Shown here piece by piece: positions 58,537 through 64,000 of a DNA stretch of 64,000 nucleotides. Origin of the DNA: an uncultured Desulfosarcina sp. GTDB taxonomy: Bacteria > Desulfobacterota > Desulfobacteria > Desulfobacterales > Desulfosarcinaceae. Under the pieces are notes generated by a model that saw only the letters and a program-made list of their open reading frames with translations, had not been told where the DNA came from and did no database searches. Both the position numbers and the translations under genes were made by a program. The stretch's first letter is position 1. Each line of letters opens with the position of its first letter. The stretch covers positions 2,176,001-2,240,000 of the forward strand of contig CAXXWQ010000003.1 of assembly GCA_963674945.2 (NCBI GenBank). The letters are read 5' to 3'.

Positions 58537-59234
58537 TGGTGGCCTCCCGTTTTGTGGTTGTTTCGGAAACGGTTTAATTCATGCCCCCCTTTGCTGTGGA
58601 TGAACCGGATGGTAAACCATTCCATAGAATACTGAAGCAAAAACAGCGCCAATCGAATCGTTGGATGTTGCATGATAAACAATGGATCTCATCGGCGGGC
58701 AGATGTTGACAAAAAACTTCGCGGGTACCGCACAAATTGACGCATCTCCAATTTGCGTGGGATCTTTGGTGCCGATGATATTCCGACCGTGGCATTTACT
58801 TCCACTGCACATGTTAGTGTTACGGTTTCGCAACGGTAGCGCCACCCGGGGTTAGGGGTAAGGGACGTTGTTTACAAAACATACAAAAATGGTCTGGTCG
58901 ACATTTTGGACTTCTCGAGATAAAATTAGAAAGCAGCGTTCCTGATTTTTGGGTAACGATGTTACGAAATATTTTTTATCCGCATGGTTGCAGTGGCCAT
59001 GGATATGATATAAAAGAATAGTTTCATTGTTCTGATGCCGTGGAATCGTTGATTATTTCCCAATTGCTGCCCATCGCTCGACCTTCTCACTCCTGAATCG
59101 CTTCTTTGTTCCGTGATTTCGACCAAGTGTGACAAAATTAAAAAACCCTAAAGAAGTATTCGGAAAATGTCGATTACTCTGATTACTCTATGGTGTGTTA
59201 TTGATCATATTTCTCATTTCACTCTGGATAGTCG

Positions 59235-62200
59235 ATGAAACTGACCATCGCAAAAAAGATCTGGATCAGCCTGGGCATATTGATACTAGGCTATTTTTTT
59301 TCCATGGTTCTGGGGTTCGTCACAGGATGGAACACCGAAAATCAATTGACTTCGGTCCTTACCAATCTTTTTCCCGCCACCAAGCACAGTCTCCTCGCCG
59401 AGACGACCTTCAAGGAACAGATCCGGCTGTATAGCGATGCCATCCTTATTGGAGACGCGACCAATATAGACAAAGCCAACCAGAAGGCGCGCCAGGTGCA
59501 AGAGGCGCTCTATCGAATCATCGGTCTATCGGGCCTGCCCCATGAAAAAAAGGAAGCCACTCGGCTGCTCAGGGAACGACTGAAGGATTTCAGCCGATCC
59601 GCCCAAACCACCTACACGGCCCTGGTCAGTGAGTTTGAACACCAGAACCTGGGATCCTTTTCGTCCCAGGAAGCCGAACAACTCGCCCAGGAGACCGAGG
59701 ACCTGAAAAAAGGATTGGCAGACCTGAACCAGTCTTTTTCCGAGGCATTGGAAACCGAACTGACCCAGATCAATCAAAGGACGTATCAACAGCGTCACAT
59801 CAACATGGCCCTTTTTGCAATCATCCTCCTATGCCTGGGTGTGGGGGTCTTTTTCATGACCACCCGAACGATCACCAACCCCTTGAAAAAGATCATGGAG
59901 ACCGCCGAGGCCATCTCCCAAGGCGATTTCAGCAAGGAGATCCAGATTCAACAAGAGGATGAAATCGGCCAACTGGCAACGACTTTCTCCAAAATGAAGC
60001 AAATCATCAACGAGGTTTTGGAGAGCATGGACAGGCTGATCAAGGCCATCAGGGAAGGCCGGCTTGACCATCGGGGTGATCCGGGTGCCTTTTCCGGAAA
60101 CTGGCGCAATCTCATTTCCGGTACCAACGACCTCATCGAGGCGTTCACTGACCCCATCAACACATCTGCCATTGCCCTCGAGAAAATGTCGGCCGGTGAG
60201 ATTCCCGAGACCATTGCCACCACATACCGGGGGGATTTCAACAAGACGAAGAACAACCTCAACGATCTCATCCGCAACCTCGATCGAACCGTCGAAATCG
60301 CCAAGAAGATCGCCGACGGTGATTTGTCGACCGAGGTGATTCCCCTGTCGGCAAAGGACAGCCTGGGGAAATCGCTGGCCACCATGACGCGCAGCCTGAA
60401 AAAGATGACCGACGATTCCAGTCGCGAGGACTGGCTCAAAAGCGGACTCAACGAGATCAACAAGGGGATTCACGGCGAGATGGATGCGGTCACCATCACG
60501 CGCAACGTGATTACCTTCCTGGCCGGATACCTCGATGCACAGGTGGGTGCCTTTTACCTGGCGGACCATTCGGATTCGGGGAAACCGATAAAATTTAAAT
60601 TGGTCAGCAGTTACGCCTACAAGGTGCGCCGAAGCAATACCAGTGAATTCCAATTGGGCGAGGGTCTCATCGGCCAGGCGGCACTGGAGAGAAAAGGAAT
60701 TTTATTCACCAACGTGCCGGATGACCATGCGGTCTACACCATCGACTCAGGCGTGGGCGAGTCGTCTCCCCGCCACATCTACGTGATGCCCATGATCTTT
60801 TCCGATCAGGTACTGGGCGTCCTGGCCCTGGGGGCCGGCAAGGAATTCGGCCAAACGGAAATCGAACTCATCGATCGAAGTTCCGAGAGCATCGCCATCG
60901 GTCTGAGCGCCGCCCAATCCCGCTTTCAGATGGCGGACCTGCTCAAAAAGACCCAGAACCAGGCGGAGAAACTGCAGACCCAACAAGAAGAGCTGAAGGC
61001 AGCCAATGAAGAACTGGAAGAGCAGACCCAACTGCTCAAACAGTCCGAGGAGGAACTGAAAACCCAGAGTGAAGAACTTCAGGTGACCAACGAGGAACTG
61101 AAGGAAAAATCCAAAATCCTGGAGGCACGCCAGAAAGAGATCGATCGGTCCAGAAGGGAGATCCAGCGTCGTGCCAGGGACCTGGAACTGGCCAGCAAAT
61201 ACAAATCGGAATTTCTGGCCAACATGTCCCACGAACTGCGAACCCCCTTAAACTCCATGCTTTTGTTGTCCAAAATGCTGAAGGACAACGAGGAAAACAA
61301 CCTTACCCAGGGACAAATTGAATCTTTGCAGGTGGTGCACAGTTCGGGCAAGGATCTGCTCAACCTGATCAACGACATCCTGGATCTTTCCAAGATAGAA
61401 GCCGGAAAGATGGATATGAACTTCGAAGAGGTGAACATTGAAGAAATTGCCAAGTATCTGAACGACCAATTTTTGCCGGTGGCAAAGGACAAGGGCGTGT
61501 CCTTCCGCAGCCGGGTAGCCGAAGGTCTTCCGGAAATCTTGATCAGTGACGGCCCCCGGGTGGAGCAGATCTTGCGGAACCTGATTTCCAATGCCATCAA
61601 ATTCACCGAAAAAGGCAGTATCTCCGTGACCATTGACCGTCCCGATGAAAACACGGTGCTTGGAATAACGGGAATGGACCCTGAATCGGCCATCGCTTTT
61701 TCCGTATCGGATACGGGCATCGGTATTGCCGAAGATAAGCAGGCGGTCATATTCGAGGCCTTTCAACAGGCCGACGGTACCACCAGCCGGCGGTTCGGTG
61801 GCACCGGTCTGGGGCTGACCATCTCCCTGGAACTGAGCAAGAAACTGGGGGGAATGATCCTCATGGACAGCAAAGAGGGAGAAGGCAGCACCTTCACCCT
61901 GGTGCTGCCCCAACAGGGAGTGGATGGCGAGGCGAAATCAAAACCGGCGGATCTGCCCGACATCATTTCCCGTGGGACAATTGAAAAAGAAACACCGGTT
62001 GTGCCCTCGATGAAAGCCACCGAAGAACCGGACCGGGAGGAGGGCAAAACAGCCACCTTACCAGATGACCGTGCACTGATTGAAAAGGGCGATAAATCGA
62101 TTTTGGTCATCGAAGACGACCTTCGCTTTTCCAACATCTTGAAGGACTTCATCCATAAACGGGGATACAAATACCTGGCCAGCGAAAGGGGAAAAAGCGG

Positions 62201-63272
62201 CCTGGAACTGGCCATCCGATACCAGCCCACATCCATCATTCTGGACATCCACCTGCCCGATATGGACGGCCTGATGGTTTTGGACATGCTGAAAAAAAAT
62301 CTTGCGACCCGCCACATCCCGGTCCACATCATCTCTGTCCGGGAAGCCAATTCGGAAGCCATGAAGAAAGGGGCCATCGGTTGGAACAAGAAGCCCACGA
62401 CCGCCAAGGAGATCGAATCTGTTTTATCCAAATTCGAACAGGTTTTGAAAAAGTCATTGAAGGAAGTGTTGATCGTCGAGGACGACGAGGCCAACCAGGT
62501 GGCGTTGACCCAGCTGATCAAGAGTCAGGGAGTGAACATCACGGTCGCCGGGGATGGCCGGCAGGCCCTGGATTCGATCACGGCCAACAAGCCCGATTGT
62601 GTCATCTTGGACTTGGGATTACCGGACATATCCGGGTTTGATCTGCTCGAAAAACTGGAATCCGAAATGTCCGAATCCGGTGAATCACTGCCACCGTTTA
62701 TCATCTATACGGGAAAGGAGCTGTCGGAAGAAGAGTACCGGAATCTAAACAAATATGCCAAAAGCATCGTCATAAAAGGGGCCAACTCCCCCGATCGTCT
62801 ATTGGACGAAGTGTCACTGTTTCTGCACAGCGTGGAAAGCCAACTTCCCGAAGAGCAACGAACCGTCTTGCGTATGCTCCATGATCCCACCAAGGTACTG
62901 GAAAATCGAACCGTTTTATTGGTTGACGACGATCTTCGCAACACCTTTGCCCTCTCAAAGATACTGGGAAACTATGGTATCAAGGTAATTCTTGCCGATA
63001 ACGGGCAAATGGCCATTGAAAAGCTGGAGAGCGAGACGGCGATCGATCTGGTCCTCATGGACATCATGATGCCGGTCATGGATGGATTCGAGGCGATTCG
63101 GCGAATCAGGAAACAACCCAGGTTCGAGAAGTTGCCCATCATCGCACTGACCGCAAAGGCCATGAGCACGGATCGGGACAAATGCATCGATGCCGGTGCC
63201 AATGACTATCTGGTAAAACCGTTGGACGAGGAAAAGTTGGTCTCGATGCTTAAGATATGGCTTTTCAAATGA
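59235..63272 (+). CDS. Membrane hybrid histidine kinase (HAMPs, GAF, HisKA, HATPase, three REC domains)
   Basis: GEGLIGQAA, FLANMSHELRTPL, GGTGLGL, three receiver domains. Confidence 0.95.
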   Translation: MKLTIAKKIWISLGILILGYFFSMVLGFVTGWNTENQLTSVLTNLFPATKHSLLAETTFKEQIRLYSDAILIGDATNIDKANQKARQVQEALYRIIGLSGLPHEKKEATRLLRERLKDFSRSAQTTYTALVSEFEHQNLGSFSSQEAEQLAQETEDLKKGLADLNQSFSEALETELTQINQRTYQQRHINMALFAIILLCLGVGVFFMTTRTITNPLKKIMETAEAISQGDFSKEIQIQQEDEIGQLATTFSKMKQIINEVLESMDRLIKAIREGRLDHRGDPGAFSGNWRNLISGTNDLIEAFTDPINTSAIALEKMSAGEIPETIATTYRGDFNKTKNNLNDLIRNLDRTVEIAKKIADGDLSTEVIPLSAKDSLGKSLATMTRSLKKMTDDSSREDWLKSGLNEINKGIHGEMDAVTITRNVITFLAGYLDAQVGAFYLADHSDSGKPIKFKLVSSYAYKVRRSNTSEFQLGEGLIGQAALERKGILFTNVPDDHAVYTIDSGVGESSPRHIYVMPMIFSDQVLGVLALGAGKEFGQTEIELIDRSSESIAIGLSAAQSRFQMADLLKKTQNQAEKLQTQQEELKAANEELEEQTQLLKQSEEELKTQSEELQVTNEELKEKSKILEARQKEIDRSRREIQRRARDLELASKYKSEFLANMSHELRTPLNSMLLLSKMLKDNEENNLTQGQIESLQVVHSSGKDLLNLINDILDLSKIEAGKMDMNFEEVNIEEIAKYLNDQFLPVAKDKGVSFRSRVAEGLPEILISDGPRVEQILRNLISNAIKFTEKGSISVTIDRPDENTVLGITGMDPESAIAFSVSDTGIGIAEDKQAVIFEAFQQADGTTSRRFGGTGLGLTISLELSKKLGGMILMDSKEGEGSTFTLVLPQQGVDGEAKSKPADLPDIISRGTIEKETPVVPSMKATEEPDREEGKTATLPDDRALIEKGDKSILVIEDDLRFSNILKDFIHKRGYKYLASERGKSGLELAIRYQPTSIILDIHLPDMDGLMVLDMLKKNLATRHIPVHIISVREANSEAMKKGAIGWNKKPTTAKEIESVLSKFEQVLKKSLKEVLIVEDDEANQVALTQLIKSQGVNITVAGDGRQALDSITANKPDCVILDLGLPDISGFDLLEKLESEMSESGESLPPFIIYTGKELSEEEYRNLNKYAKSIVIKGANSPDRLLDEVSLFLHSVESQLPEEQRTVLRMLHDPTKVLENRTVLLVDDDLRNTFALSKILGNYGIKVILADNGQMAIEKLESETAIDLVLMDIMMPVMDGFEAIRRIRKQPRFEKLPIIALTAKAMSTDRDKCIDAGANDYLVKPLDEEKLVSMLKIWLFK

Positions 63273-64000
63273 CGAACATCGAATCCATAGAGATGGATCT
63301 GTTGCTCGAAGGCATCTATCGACACTACGGATACGATTTCAGAAATTACAGTCGTGCCTCGTTGAAACGGCGGCTGACCCAGCACATGAAACGTTCCGGG
63401 CAGACGCGTCTTTCGGAGTTGATTCCACGGGTGCTCCACGACCAGGCGTTTTTCAATGCTCTTCTCAAGGAGATGTCCATCACTGTTACGGAGATGTTCA
63501 GGGACCCCGCTTTTTATAAAGTGTTGCGTAAAAAAGTGATTCCCGTACTCAAGACCTATCCTTTCGTCAAGATATGGCACGCCGGGTGCGCTACGGGCGA
63601 GGAGGTCTACTCCATGGCCATCGTACTTACCGAGGAGGGCTACTACGATAAGTGTCATATTTACGCGACCGATTTCAACACTCACGCCCTCGACACGGCC
63701 AAAGAGGGGATCTACCCCTTGGAACGCATACGGGAGTACATGGAAAACTACAATCAGAGCGGCCGCAGGTCCTCTTTTTCCGAATACTTCACCGCGGCCT
63801 ACCAGTCGGCGAAGATGATCAATTCCCTGAAAAAACAGATAACCTTTACCCATCACAACCTGGCCACCGATACATCCTTCGGTGAGATGAATATGATCGT
63901 TTGCCGAAACGTTTTGATCTATTTCAACAAGACACTCCAAGACAGAGCTCTTTCCCTTTTCCACGAAAGCCTCTGCCATGGCGGTTTTTTGTGTCTGGGG
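63269..64000 (+). CDS. cheR: CheR-family methyltransferase (truncated by the window edge)
   Basis: Hand translation: YGYDFRNYSRASLKRR, SITVTEMFRDP, IWHAGCATGEEVYS, CRNVLIYF. Confidence 0.93.
   Translation, partial: MTNIESIEMDLLLEGIYRHYGYDFRNYSRASLKRRLTQHMKRSGQTRLSELIPRVLHDQAFFNALLKEMSITVTEMFRDPAFYKVLRKKVIPVLKTYPFVKIWHAGCATGEEVYSMAIVLTEEGYYDKCHIYATDFNTHALDTAKEGIYPLERIREYMENYNQSGRRSSFSEYFTAAYQSAKMINSLKKQITFTHHNLATDTSFGEMNMIVCRNVLIYFNKTLQDRALSLFHESLCHGGFLCLG

Noticed and set aside
58537..59234. Long intergenic region as an ncRNA or riboswitch
   Set aside because: It lies between divergent genes and shows no RNA motif I can recognise; an Rfam search would be needed. No tRNA or rRNA was seen anywhere in the window.

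Overview
The window has two halves. Positions 1-31282 are a large chromosomal integron. It has an intact intI (30227-31282, +), attI at ~29953-29970, convergent Pc and Pint promoters, and about 20 AT-rich cassettes running on the minus strand off the left edge. About 15 attC sites can be read directly; those below ~6.6 kb are decayed. Cassettes include DarT-NADAR (first position), a stand-alone SIR2-like gene, HicAB, a Phd/VapC pair, a GNAT, a C-N hydrolase, methyltransferases and many unknowns. The array is heavily parasitised. It carries three IS66-family elements (one with a DUF4338/DruA-like passenger), an IS1380-like element, an unclassified 751-aa DDE transposase IS, three remnants of a group IIC-attC intron, a second group II intron lineage, and a tyrosine-recombinase + IS91-type HUH unit. 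That last unit appears to be an inverted cassette with its own opposite-polarity attC. Removing four of the ISs with their target duplications restores open reading frames. Positions ~31.3-64 kb are GC-richer chromosome: lexA, NUDIX, asparaginase, a TonB receptor/YfiR/hybrid kinase/DGC operon, sixA, an SLC5-fused kinase, pgi, a fabH-like gene, an acidic-repeat membrane protein, USPs, a hybrid kinase and cheR, plus two families of intergenic repeats. Gene content suggests a Desulfobacterota-type deltaproteobacterium (inference). All family assignments come from motifs recognised by eye; no database searches were run.
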